From positions 64,093 through 128,092 of the forward strand of contig JAEEMI010000019.1 of NCBI GenBank assembly GCA_016283155.1: a DNA stretch of 64,000 nucleotides, in the 5' to 3' direction. Shown one piece after another: positions 1 through 8,078 of the stretch. The stretch's first letter is position 1. Every line of letters begins with the position of its first letter. The stretch comes from Clostridia bacterium. GTDB lineage: Bacteria > Bacillota > Clostridia > Christensenellales > UBA1242. A model generated the notes under the pieces. That model saw nothing but the letters and a program-made list of their open reading frames with translations. It did not search any database and had not been told where the DNA came from. The position numbers and the translations under genes were made by a program.

Positions 1-1
1 A

Positions 2-2086
2 TTTTTTGCGGACAAAACAGCAGATGAAATTTTAAATTTAGCTGAAACACAGGGAATGGTTTTTAATCAACCAGAAATCTATAGTGAAGCACTGTTATAT
101 GTATTATGTACGAAATGTAAACAAACCAAAGCTGCAATTGATAAAATTAATCCTGGAGCATCAAAACGAATAGTTCAGAAAATTATTAATGAAATTGAAG
201 GTGTCAGTGTTGAAAAAACACAACAATCTCGTGTTACAAATTATCAATCAGTATCAAACTCAACACCGCAAACGAATTCTAATTTAATGGTTAATAAAAA
301 TTCTGAACGAGTGACAGTACCTAATCCGACAGTAGTTACTGCTGGTTTGTCACCGCTTTTATCAGAATATGGTCAAGATTTAACGACTAAAGCACGACAA
401 GGTAAAATTGACCGTATTATTGGTCGCGATGAAGAAACTAACCATTTAATTGAAATTCTTTGTCGTAAAACCAAAAATAATCCAGTTTTAATTGGCGAAG
501 CAGGGGTGGGTAAAAGTGCAATTATTGAAGGATTAGCAAAACGAATCGTAGAACAACAAGTGCCAGAAAATTTACAAAACAAAATTGTTTATTCACTCGA
601 TGTCGGCTTGTTGTTGGGTGGTTCAAAATACCGTGGTGAATTAGAAGGACGTTTAAATAAAGTATTACAAGAATTGAAGAGTCGTGATGACATCATTTTA
701 TTCATTGATGAAATCCATAATATTGTTGCAAGTGGTAACAAAGAAGGCGAGATGAGCGTTGCGGAAATTTTAAAACCAGTTTTAGCACGTGGAACTTTGC
801 GCTGTGTTGGAGCAACAACAATTGATGAATATCGTGAATACATTGAAAAAGATCCGGCATTGGAGCGTCGCTTTGATCCCGTAATGGTTTATCCCCCAAC
901 TTTGGAACAAACTGTGGAAATCTTGGAAGGTTTAAAATCAAGTTTTGAAAACTATCATAAAGTGCAAATTAATCATAGCGCGTTGAATGCAGCGGTTCTA
1001 TTATCTAATCGCTATATTTTTGATCGTAATTTACCCGATAAAGCAATTGATGTTTTAGACAAAGCGTGTGCAAAAACTAAAATTAAAGCAGGACATAATT
1101 TATCAACGATTACTGATAATGAAATTGCTACAGTAATATCCGAAATGACTAAGATTCCTTTAAACAAGATTAATACAGATGACCAAAAAAATTTAATGAA
1201 CTTGGAAAAAGATTTACAGGCAATTATTATTGGACAGGACAAAGCAATAAGCGTTGTTGCAAAAGCAATTCGTCGCAATCGAAGCGGAATTAATGATGCC
1301 AACCGTCCAATTGGCTCATTCTTTTTTCTGGGAAGGACAGGAGTTGGCAAAACTGAAGTTTGTAAACAATTATCACAAATTTTATATGATACAGAAAAGG
1401 CATTCATTAAACTAGATATGAGCGAATTTAGCGAAGCGCACAGTGTGAGCAAGATAGTAGGTGCGCCTCCCGGATATGTTGGCTATAGTGATGGTTCTAA
1501 TTTATGTAATCGTGTACGTCGTAATCCATATTGTTTGGTGCTTTTTGATGAAATTGAGAAAGCCCATTCGGATATTTATAATTTAATGTTACAAATTTTG
1601 GATGAAGGGCGTTTAACAGATTCGCACGGAAAAGTTGTTTCTTTCCGTAATGCTTTGATTGTATTGACTTCTAATGTAGGAGTTAATGAAATTCCTAATG
1701 ATTGCGAACTCACTCCAGAGGAAGAGGAACAATATATTCTTGAAGGAATGCGTAAGAAATTCAGTCCAGAATTTATCAACCGTATTGATAATGTTGTTGT
1801 ATTTAACACTTTGACACAAAGTGATATTGAAAAAATTGTTGCTTTGCAAATGCAAAAACTAACTAAACGATTGTCAGCTGTCAATGTTAGTATGCATTAT
1901 ACCGATGCCGTAGTCACTTGGTTAGCTATTCATGGTTATCAAAAGAATTATGGTGTACGTCCAATCCGTCGTTTGATTCAGACTCAAATTGAAGATAAAA
2001 TATCAGAACAAATAATTACTGAGCAAATTCATTTTGCCGAAATTGATATTGTTAATGATGCCGTTGTGGTTCAATCAAGACGTTGA
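2..2086 (+). CDS. Hsp100/Clp-family double AAA+ ATPase (ClpC/ClpA-like), 5' end outside window
   Basis: The frame is open from nt 2 (FFADKTADEILNLAETQG, Clp_N-like repeat). There are two AAA+ modules, with Walker A GEAGVGKSA and GRTGVGKTE and Walker B ILFIDEIH and LVLFDEIE. Confidence 0.85.
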   Translation, partial: FFADKTADEILNLAETQGMVFNQPEIYSEALLYVLCTKCKQTKAAIDKINPGASKRIVQKIINEIEGVSVEKTQQSRVTNYQSVSNSTPQTNSNLMVNKNSERVTVPNPTVVTAGLSPLLSEYGQDLTTKARQGKIDRIIGRDEETNHLIEILCRKTKNNPVLIGEAGVGKSAIIEGLAKRIVEQQVPENLQNKIVYSLDVGLLLGGSKYRGELEGRLNKVLQELKSRDDIILFIDEIHNIVASGNKEGEMSVAEILKPVLARGTLRCVGATTIDEYREYIEKDPALERRFDPVMVYPPTLEQTVEILEGLKSSFENYHKVQINHSALNAAVLLSNRYIFDRNLPDKAIDVLDKACAKTKIKAGHNLSTITDNEIATVISEMTKIPLNKINTDDQKNLMNLEKDLQAIIIGQDKAISVVAKAIRRNRSGINDANRPIGSFFFLGRTGVGKTEVCKQLSQILYDTEKAFIKLDMSEFSEAHSVSKIVGAPPGYVGYSDGSNLCNRVRRNPYCLVLFDEIEKAHSDIYNLMLQILDEGRLTDSHGKVVSFRNALIVLTSNVGVNEIPNDCELTPEEEEQYILEGMRKKFSPEFINRIDNVVVFNTLTQSDIEKIVALQMQKLTKRLSAVNVSMHYTDAVVTWLAIHGYQKNYGVRPIRRLIQTQIEDKISEQIITEQIHFAEIDIVNDAVVVQSRR

Positions 2087-2310
2087 TAATTAGTTAAATC
2101 AATCGTACGTGGTTGCTCTGGTGATGCAGTTCCGGTTTTATTAGTATTATTTTGATTACGTAAATTGATAATTTGGGTTAGTCCGCCTGATAATAAAAAT
2201 TTAATTAATAAAGTTTGAATATCATTATTAGTTGATGCGTTGTTGTTAGTATTATTACTGGTTGCGTTTTGTAATAAGTTCAAAACATTATTTAAGGTTT
2301 CGTCTTCCAT
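2071..2310 (-). CDS. hypothetical small Asn-rich protein (79 aa)
   Basis: ORF with an AGAGGT SD about 7 nt upstream. Low-complexity sequence with no recognisable motif. Confidence 0.35.
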   Translation of the reverse strand: MEDETLNNVLNLLQNATSNNTNNNASTNNDIQTLLIKFLLSGGLTQIINLRNQNNTNKTGTASPEQPRTIDLTNYQRLD

Positions 2311-2322
2311 TAATTACCTCTT

Positions 2323-2529
2323 TTATTGGTTTTGAATTGTTTGAAAAATTTTTGTTAAACGAATCCGTTGATCATTGTTTAACATTGGGATAATGATCCG
2401 CATTATTTTTTCAAAATCTCCCAGTGTTCCATTTTCTTTTTTTTTACGAATTTGTTCTGCTAATAAATTTGTTAACTCATCATCACTTAATCTAGATAAT
2501 TGCTCAAAAGTTTTCTGATTAAATTCCAT
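2323..2529 (-). CDS. hypothetical small helical protein (68 aa)
   Basis: ORF divergent from obg. No SD and no recognisable motif. Confidence 0.35.
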   Translation of the reverse strand: MEFNQKTFEQLSRLSDDELTNLLAEQIRKKKENGTLGDFEKIMRIIIPMLNNDQRIRLTKIFQTIQNQ

Positions 2530-2565
2530 ATACTTTTGTATGAGGTTCTGTTATAATATGTTCAT

Positions 2566-3822
2566 ATGTTTGTTGATAGTGTTGATATTACGATTCAAGC
2601 TGGTTCTGGAGGAACTGGAGCCGCAACCTTTTATCGTGATACATTAACGATGTTTGGCGGACCTAATGGTGGTGATGGTGGTCGCGGTGGCGATGTTATT
2701 TTTGTTGGTACAAACAATCTTGATAATTTGGTTGATTTTCATTATCACCAAAAATTTAAAGCTGGTGATGGCGCAAATGGTCAAGGGGGGAATAAAACAG
2801 GTTCAGATGGAGAAGATGCAATTATCCCTGTACCATTGGGTACAAAAATTTTGGACGAAGACGGTAAGTTGCTTTGTGATATTACAACGATTGACCAAAA
2901 ATATATTGCGTTAAAAGGTGGGGCTGGCGGATTTGGTAATACACATTTCGCTACTGCGGCACGTCAAACACCAAATTTTGCCAAGACTGGTGTTAAAACG
3001 CAACCATACCACGTACGTTTAGAACTGAATTGTATTGCAGATGTTGGAATTATAGGTTATCCAAATGTCGGTAAAAGCACATTGCTATCCGTAATTAGTC
3101 GAGCACGACCCAAGATTGCAAATTATCAATTCACAACGTTATATCCTAATATTGGTGTCTCTCAGGTACACGGCCAAAATTTACTGTTTGCTGATATTCC
3201 TGGTTTAATTGAAGGTGCAAGTGATGGAGTCGGTTTAGGAATCGATTTCTTAAAGCACATTTCACGTACACGCTTATTGTTACACGTAATTGACATTGCT
3301 GCTATGGAAGGACGTGATCCATATCGAGATTATCAAATTATCAATCAAGAACTAAAAAAATATCACGCTGATTTGGAAAATAAAAAACAAATTATAGTTT
3401 TAAATAAAATTGATAGTGCAACACCTGAACAAATACAAGACTTTAAATCCAAGTTAGGAAACAAAATTCCAGTTTATGAAATTTCAGCTTTAAATCATAC
3501 TGGATTACAAGATTTATTAGATGCTTGTTTGCAAACTTTAAATACAATTCCAAAGCCAAAACCATTATTAGTTGAAGCAATTTTAGAAAAAAAGATTGAT
3601 AAAAATCAATTTATAGTTACAGGTGGTAATGGTGAATATCAAGTAACAGGTCCGTTTATTGATAATTTAATTCGCGGTGTGGTTTTGGAAGATACTGAGA
3701 GTAACCGTTATTTTCAAAGGCGTTTGGTTCAGCACGGTGTAATCGCTGAGTTGAAAAATATTGGTTTAACAGACGGTGACACAATTCAAATTGCTGGACA
3801 TTTTTTTACATACACTGAATAA
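2566..3822 (+). CDS. obg: GTPase Obg/CgtA
   Basis: MFVD start, Gly-rich Obg fold (GGPNGGDGGRGGD), G1 GYPNVGKST, G3 DIPGLIEGA, G4 NKID, and a C-terminal OCT-like domain. Confidence 0.95.
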   Translation: MFVDSVDITIQAGSGGTGAATFYRDTLTMFGGPNGGDGGRGGDVIFVGTNNLDNLVDFHYHQKFKAGDGANGQGGNKTGSDGEDAIIPVPLGTKILDEDGKLLCDITTIDQKYIALKGGAGGFGNTHFATAARQTPNFAKTGVKTQPYHVRLELNCIADVGIIGYPNVGKSTLLSVISRARPKIANYQFTTLYPNIGVSQVHGQNLLFADIPGLIEGASDGVGLGIDFLKHISRTRLLLHVIDIAAMEGRDPYRDYQIINQELKKYHADLENKKQIIVLNKIDSATPEQIQDFKSKLGNKIPVYEISALNHTGLQDLLDACLQTLNTIPKPKPLLVEAILEKKIDKNQFIVTGGNGEYQVTGPFIDNLIRGVVLEDTESNRYFQRRLVQHGVIAELKNIGLTDGDTIQIAGHFFTYTE

Positions 3823-3911
3823 GCATAATTATCGACGATATATATGCAGGTTACCAGTTACAACGTCGTTTTAAACACCGTCGCAAACATCTTGGATCAA
3901 TTATCGTTATT

Positions 3912-4598
3912 GTGTTAGTTGTGATTACGATGGGAAGTATTACGGCTTTGTTTTTACGTGGTTTTAATTTAAAAGAATTTAATAATCATTTAAAATGTAA
4001 AGTTTTAGAAACACCTACAATGAAAGTTTGGTTACTGGAAAAGCAAAATTATAATGATAAATTAGATGCATATAAAGCTGGAATGGCTGCTGAGAATGTG
4101 GGATTAGGTGTTTATGTATTACCAGATAAAACTCAATGGATATGGGTTGCAGGTGTTTATCTGACAGAAAGTGATGCTGCTGATGCATTACGACGAAGTG
4201 GAATGTCAAATGATGTTATTATTCAATCGTATCAAATTTTGGGTAAAAAAATTCAAGTTGATAGTGAAGTATTTGAGTCTTGTCAAAATATTTTAAAGTC
4301 TATAGAAAACATCTTTCAATTATTATTGGATTTGCGTTCGGCCATTAACATAACAACAAAAAAGAATAATATACAATTAGATTTAACAGTGCAATACAAT
4401 CAAATTAGAAACAGTGCAGAAAATTTACAAACAATTAATGCAACATTGCATGATCTATTTGTTACAACTTTAATTTACACGGCTAATCAAAACACTCTGT
4501 GTTTGCAGGATATTATTAACACAAATTCGGATTCAATTGATTTAGCGATAATTAATACTGCATTGTTGAAAACAATTTTCTCGCTAGACAATTTTTAA
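3912..4598 (+). CDS. hypothetical single-pass membrane protein, possible SPOR-like domain
   Basis: N-terminal TM segment (IIVIVLVVITMGSITALFL). The stretch VWLLEK...GVYVLPDKTQWIWVAGVYLTESDAADALRRSG resembles a SPOR beta-alpha-beta-beta pattern. The frame is open from 3819, so a non-canonical earlier start is possible. Confidence 0.5.
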   Translation: MLVVITMGSITALFLRGFNLKEFNNHLKCKVLETPTMKVWLLEKQNYNDKLDAYKAGMAAENVGLGVYVLPDKTQWIWVAGVYLTESDAADALRRSGMSNDVIIQSYQILGKKIQVDSEVFESCQNILKSIENIFQLLLDLRSAINITTKKNNIQLDLTVQYNQIRNSAENLQTINATLHDLFVTTLIYTANQNTLCLQDIINTNSDSIDLAIINTALLKTIFSLDNF

Positions 4599-4631
4599 TT
4601 GTTTTGCTACCATAAACGCGGGGGATTTATT

Positions 4632-5579
4632 TTGGGATTTTCAGAAGAATTTGTAAAAAAAGCATCTGAGGAAGTAACTTCACTTTCAATGCAAGCAGAT
4701 TATAATTATATGAAAAAAAACTTACGCCAGGCAGTTGCTAATGTTTCGCGTTTGGCTCCTTATTTTGACCCGAACGATGTCGTAATTTATTTACAAGGTT
4801 GTTATGCCTGTAAAACAAATACACGCTTTCAATCTAAACTAGAAATGATTGTTGAAATTACAAAAACGCGTGAATATGATTATGCCACAATGACGCGTTC
4901 AGATATGAAAATGCGTGATAATTTCTTTATTGATTTTGACCATTATTTTGATGTTAAACACTTTAAAGATTTATTAGCTGATGAAATCAGTCGTATTTTA
5001 CGTATAGAAGTTTCAACTAGCACAACGACCATTTTAGTTCCAGCATTTGGTGACTTACAACATTCAATTGATATTTTCCCGTGTTTTAAATATAAATATT
5101 TTCGTCCAGAGGGTGGTAGTATCCGTAGTAAATTAGTATATGACCAAAACTTAGATGAACACTTTTTAATGTTTACTAATCTACACGCAGTTAATGGTAA
5201 TTTGAAAGATACGATGACACAAGGTAATTTTAAACGTATGGTGCGTTTAATGAAGAACTTAGTGGCTATTAGTGCACGTGAAGATAATATTATTCATTTT
5301 GTACGTGGCTATTATGTAGAATGTTTGTTATATAATGTTCCCAATGAAATGTATTTCACAACTGATGGTAAATTATCTTCAATTTTCTTAAAAATTGTCA
5401 ATTGGTTAAATTTTGCTAATTTAGATGAATTTGTTTGTCAAAATCAAATTTGGTCATTATGGGGCAACGCTGACGGATTTTGGAATCAAAATTCAGCGCG
5501 TCAATTCATTAACGATGTAATTGAGTTCTATGAAGCATTCCCTGAGAAACGTACTGAAATAATTAAAGAAGACGAATAA
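4632..5579 (+). CDS. cGAS/DncV-like (CD-NTase/SMODS/OAS-fold) nucleotidyltransferase-like protein with degenerate catalytic triad
   Basis: Pol-beta NTase pattern VVIYLQGCYACKTNT...SKLEMIVEI in place of GS...DxD, and a retained third acidic site HSIDIFP. The helical lobe carries FKRMVRLMKNLV and GYYVECLLYNVP. The TTG at 4632 follows a GGGGGA SD. The ORF track starts at 4599. Confidence 0.55.
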   Translation: MGFSEEFVKKASEEVTSLSMQADYNYMKKNLRQAVANVSRLAPYFDPNDVVIYLQGCYACKTNTRFQSKLEMIVEITKTREYDYATMTRSDMKMRDNFFIDFDHYFDVKHFKDLLADEISRILRIEVSTSTTTILVPAFGDLQHSIDIFPCFKYKYFRPEGGSIRSKLVYDQNLDEHFLMFTNLHAVNGNLKDTMTQGNFKRMVRLMKNLVAISAREDNIIHFVRGYYVECLLYNVPNEMYFTTDGKLSSIFLKIVNWLNFANLDEFVCQNQIWSLWGNADGFWNQNSARQFINDVIEFYEAFPEKRTEIIKEDE

Positions 5580-5581
5580 AA

Positions 5582-6397
5582 ATGATTGCAACTATGATCA
5601 ATAATCACACCCTGCGTGTTGATGATTTAACTCAATTTGATCCATATGCAATTTTGCATAGTGGACAGGTTTTTCGTTACTGGCAAACGAAGCAGGGATG
5701 GTTAGTGATGTCGGGCAGTCACTGGGCGAAAATTATAATTGATAATCGTCAAATAATAATCAGTTGTGATGATGCAAATTATTTTTATCATTACTTTGAT
5801 TTTGATACTGATTACAAGACAATTAAAGCGACTTTAAATGCTCCAAAATTGCAAAATGCTTTAATTAGTGGTGGCGGTATTAGAATTTTAAATGCCGATT
5901 TTGTTGAAGTCGTCTTATCATTTATTATTTCGGCGAACAATAATATTAAACGTTTTACTAAAACCATTAATGAAATTTGTCAAAGATATGGTACACAAAC
6001 AGATTGTGGTTATTGGAGTTTTCCTAATCTAGAACAGTGTTCACAAATAAAAGAAACAGATTTTAAACGATTCGGGTGTGGTTATCGTGCACCATATCTT
6101 GTTAAAGCAATTCAACAATTAAAGCAGTTGGAGTTTAAACAATTACAAAAATTATCCAATCAAGAACTACAACGTATATTATTAAGTATTAGTGGAGTTG
6201 GACCAAAAGTTGCGGCGTGTATAATGCTATTTGCCTTTCATCGTCTAGACACTGCACCCGTTGATACGTGGATAAAAAAGGCGATCGCCCAATTATCAGT
6301 TGCTGAACAAAAAGTTATTCTACAAGGATCATATGCAGGTATAGCGCAACAGTATATTTTTTATTACTTACAACATTTGCATAAGGAAGTGCTCTAA
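5582..6397 (+). CDS. ogg: 8-oxoguanine DNA glycosylase/AP lyase (Ogg family)
   Basis: HhH-GPD motif ISGVGPKVAACIMLF followed by APVDTWIKK, with the catalytic Lys and Asp positions retained. N-terminal OGG_N-like FDPYAILHSGQVFRY. Confidence 0.85.
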   Translation: MIATMINNHTLRVDDLTQFDPYAILHSGQVFRYWQTKQGWLVMSGSHWAKIIIDNRQIIISCDDANYFYHYFDFDTDYKTIKATLNAPKLQNALISGGGIRILNADFVEVVLSFIISANNNIKRFTKTINEICQRYGTQTDCGYWSFPNLEQCSQIKETDFKRFGCGYRAPYLVKAIQQLKQLEFKQLQKLSNQELQRILLSISGVGPKVAACIMLFAFHRLDTAPVDTWIKKAIAQLSVAEQKVILQGSYAGIAQQYIFYYLQHLHKEVL

Positions 6398-6402
6398 TAA
6401 AA

Positions 6403-6424
6403 AAAGACCAACAAAGTGGTCTTT
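6403..6424. terminator. bidirectional rho-independent terminator between ogg and tRNA-Tyr
   Basis: Stem AAAGACCA / TGGTCTTT with a 6-nt loop. It is flanked by an A-run on the left, which reads as a T-run on the minus strand. Confidence 0.6.
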
Positions 6425-6430
6425 GGTAAT

Positions 6431-6516
6431 TGGTGGAAGGGGATGGATTCGAACCATCGAAGTCGTGAGACGACGGATTTACAGTCCGTAGCATTTGACC
6501 GCTCTGCAACCCTTCC
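6431..6516 (-). tRNA. tRNA-Tyr (GTA), CCA encoded, long variable arm
   Basis: The reverse complement reads GGAAGGG...GGACTGTAAATCC...GGTTCGAATCC...CCCTTCCACCA. The cloverleaf has a class II variable arm. Confidence 0.92.
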
Positions 6517-6526
6517 GAATATTTTT

Positions 6527-6555
6527 ACTATAACATAAGAATTTATCGTTCGCAA
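6527..6555 (-). promoter_or_regulatory. sigmaA-type promoter for tRNA-Tyr
   Basis: On the minus strand: TTGCGA, 17-nt spacer, TATAGT, preceded by TG (extended -10). The -10 box ends about 10 nt before the tRNA 5' end. Confidence 0.5.
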
Positions 6556-6590
6556 CTGTTTATTTTTAGATATACATATTAAGAGTTAAA

Positions 6591-6619
6591 TTGACTGAAA
6601 ATTGAATTCAAGATAAAAT
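6591..6619 (+). promoter_or_regulatory. sigmaA-type promoter abutting the CaCA start codon
   Basis: TTGACT, 17-nt spacer, TAAAAT. The ATG at 6627 lies 8 nt after the -10 box and there is no SD. Confidence 0.45.
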
Positions 6620-6626
6620 AAAATTT

Positions 6627-7682
6627 ATGGAACTTTTTTTAGCAGTTTTAATGTTTGCTGCAGGTATGGTTTTAATTATCAAAGGCGGTGATTGGTTTGT
6701 TGATAGTGCTACCTGGATTGCTAAAGCTGCTAAGATTCCATCTTTTATTATTGGTGCAACAATTGTTGGACTTGCAACGTCGTTACCAGAAGTTATTGTT
6801 TCGGTGGTCGCAAGTATCCAAGGGAAAAACGATATGGCAGTTGGTAACGCTGTTGGTTCTGTGATTGCTAATACGGGATTGATTATTGCGATTGCCTTTT
6901 CCTTTATGAATTTAGTTACTCCACGTAAAGAATATTGGCAACAATGTCTTATGTTAGTTGCCACTATTGCCGTATTATGGGTTGGTAGTTCGCAGGGCAT
7001 TTTGAACATATGGGCGAGCATCATTATGGCTTTGATTTGTATTGCATTTATTGTCGTAAGTATTATTCAAGGACGACGTAGTATCAATACAGAAAAACCA
7101 ATTGAAATTAAAGAAGCAAAAAAATTAACTGAAACTCTAACAACCAATCAAAGAGAAAGGACAGTGGTTTCAGAGATTAAAAATCAAGAGGATTCAAAAA
7201 AAGATGACGAAATTTTGATTAACAAGAAAAATATTATAAAAAACATATTTTTCTTCTTTTTAGGTGCGGCTTGCGTAATTCTTGGTTCGAATTTTTTGAT
7301 TGACGGTGGTTCAACAATTGCGAGTACGTTGGGTGTACCAGAAAGAATTATTGCGATTACATTAGTTGCAGTTGGTACTTCTTTGCCCGAATTAGTAACA
7401 ACCATTGTTGCAATTCGCAAAAAAGAAGGGGGACTAATGGCTGGTAACATTATTGGTTCAAATATTATTGACTTGTGTTTAATTTTACCAATTTGTAGTT
7501 TTGTTGCTTACGACTCTTTTGTAGTTTCGCACCAAAGTTTAATTATTGATATCCCTTTCTGTTTAGCATTAAGTTTAATTATGGTAGTCCCGATGCTTTG
7601 GAAACAGCGATCTTATAAATGGCAAGGTGTGTTGTTATTGTTGGTTTATGCGACTTATTTAACAGTTAGTTTTATTGTTTAA
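6627..7682 (+). CDS. Ca2+/cation antiporter (CaCA, YrbG-like Na+/Ca2+ exchanger)
   Basis: Two alpha-repeats (GATIVGLATSLPEV and AVGTSLPELVTT), about 10 TM segments, and a charged central loop. Confidence 0.85.
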   Translation: MELFLAVLMFAAGMVLIIKGGDWFVDSATWIAKAAKIPSFIIGATIVGLATSLPEVIVSVVASIQGKNDMAVGNAVGSVIANTGLIIAIAFSFMNLVTPRKEYWQQCLMLVATIAVLWVGSSQGILNIWASIIMALICIAFIVVSIIQGRRSINTEKPIEIKEAKKLTETLTTNQRERTVVSEIKNQEDSKKDDEILINKKNIIKNIFFFFLGAACVILGSNFLIDGGSTIASTLGVPERIIAITLVAVGTSLPELVTTIVAIRKKEGGLMAGNIIGSNIIDLCLILPICSFVAYDSFVVSHQSLIIDIPFCLALSLIMVVPMLWKQRSYKWQGVLLLLVYATYLTVSFIV

Positions 7683-7701
7683 ACCTGAACGGATAAAAGG
7701 G

Positions 7702-7730
7702 TTGACATTCGCATATGAATAGCATACACT
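7702..7730 (+). promoter_or_regulatory. sigmaA-type promoter for tRNA-fMet
   Basis: TTGACA, 17-nt spacer, TACACT, ending 8 nt before the tRNA 5' end. Confidence 0.5.
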
Positions 7731-7738
7731 TGCTATAT

Positions 7739-7815
7739 CGCGGGGTAGAGCAGTCCGGCAGCTCGTTGGGCTCATAACCCAAAGGTCACTGGTTCAAATC
7801 CAGTCCCCGCCACCA
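7739..7815 (+). tRNA. initiator tRNA-fMet (CAT), CCA encoded
   Basis: CGCGGGG acceptor arm with an unpaired 1:72 position. Three consecutive G:C pairs close the anticodon stem (TTGGGCTCATAACCCAA). T-loop GGTTCAAATCC. Confidence 0.9.
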
Positions 7816-7860
7816 GTGGGAAGTCAAAAGAACCAGACTAAAATTAAGCCATTTTAAGTC

Positions 7861-7917
7861 TGATTATTTCGGTATAGAGCTTCCAAAAAAATGGTCTTAA
7901 CTAAGACCATTTTTTTT
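7861..7917. repeat. direct repeat copy 1 (~57 bp, includes terminator hairpin)
   Basis: TGATTATTTCGGTATAGAGCTTCCAAAAAAATGGTCTTAACTAAGACCATTTTTTTT is nearly identical to 9031..9086 (2 substitutions and 1 indel). Confidence 0.9.
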
Positions 7918-7918
7918 A
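7891..7918 (+). terminator. rho-independent terminator after tRNA-fMet
   Basis: Stem ATGGTCT / AGACCAT with loop TAACTA, followed by a T8 run. Confidence 0.8.
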
Positions 7919-8027
7919 TACATTGAATCATTCTAATTTAATTAATAACGCTGGCACTATTCTGTAACAAAATAAAAAACATGTGATATAAAATAATATT
8001 TAAATCTTTAATTATTTACTTGATTTT

Positions 8028-8068
8028 TAGGGAACAATATTATATTATTTATGCAGAAAAGTTCCCTA
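8028..8068 (+). promoter_or_regulatory. 8-bp inverted repeat (TAGGGAAC ... GTTCCCTA) spanning the likely fic promoter/leader
   Basis: Perfect 8-bp arms separated by 25 nt. TTGATT (8020-8025) and TATTAT (8043-8048) are promoter-like. The GGAGGTG SD follows directly. Confidence 0.35.
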
Positions 8069-8078
8069 TGGAGGTGTA

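Noticed and set aside
373-1884. Six antisense or alternate-frame ORFs (60-146 aa) inside the Clp ATPase gene. Similar embedded ORFs occur throughout the track, for example 2654-2914, 12915-13172, 22772-23098, 50559-50933 and 57236-57547.
   Set aside because: They lie entirely within strongly supported genes. Their sequences are low-complexity or hydrophobic, as expected for reverse frames in AT-rich DNA, and they have no SD or motif.
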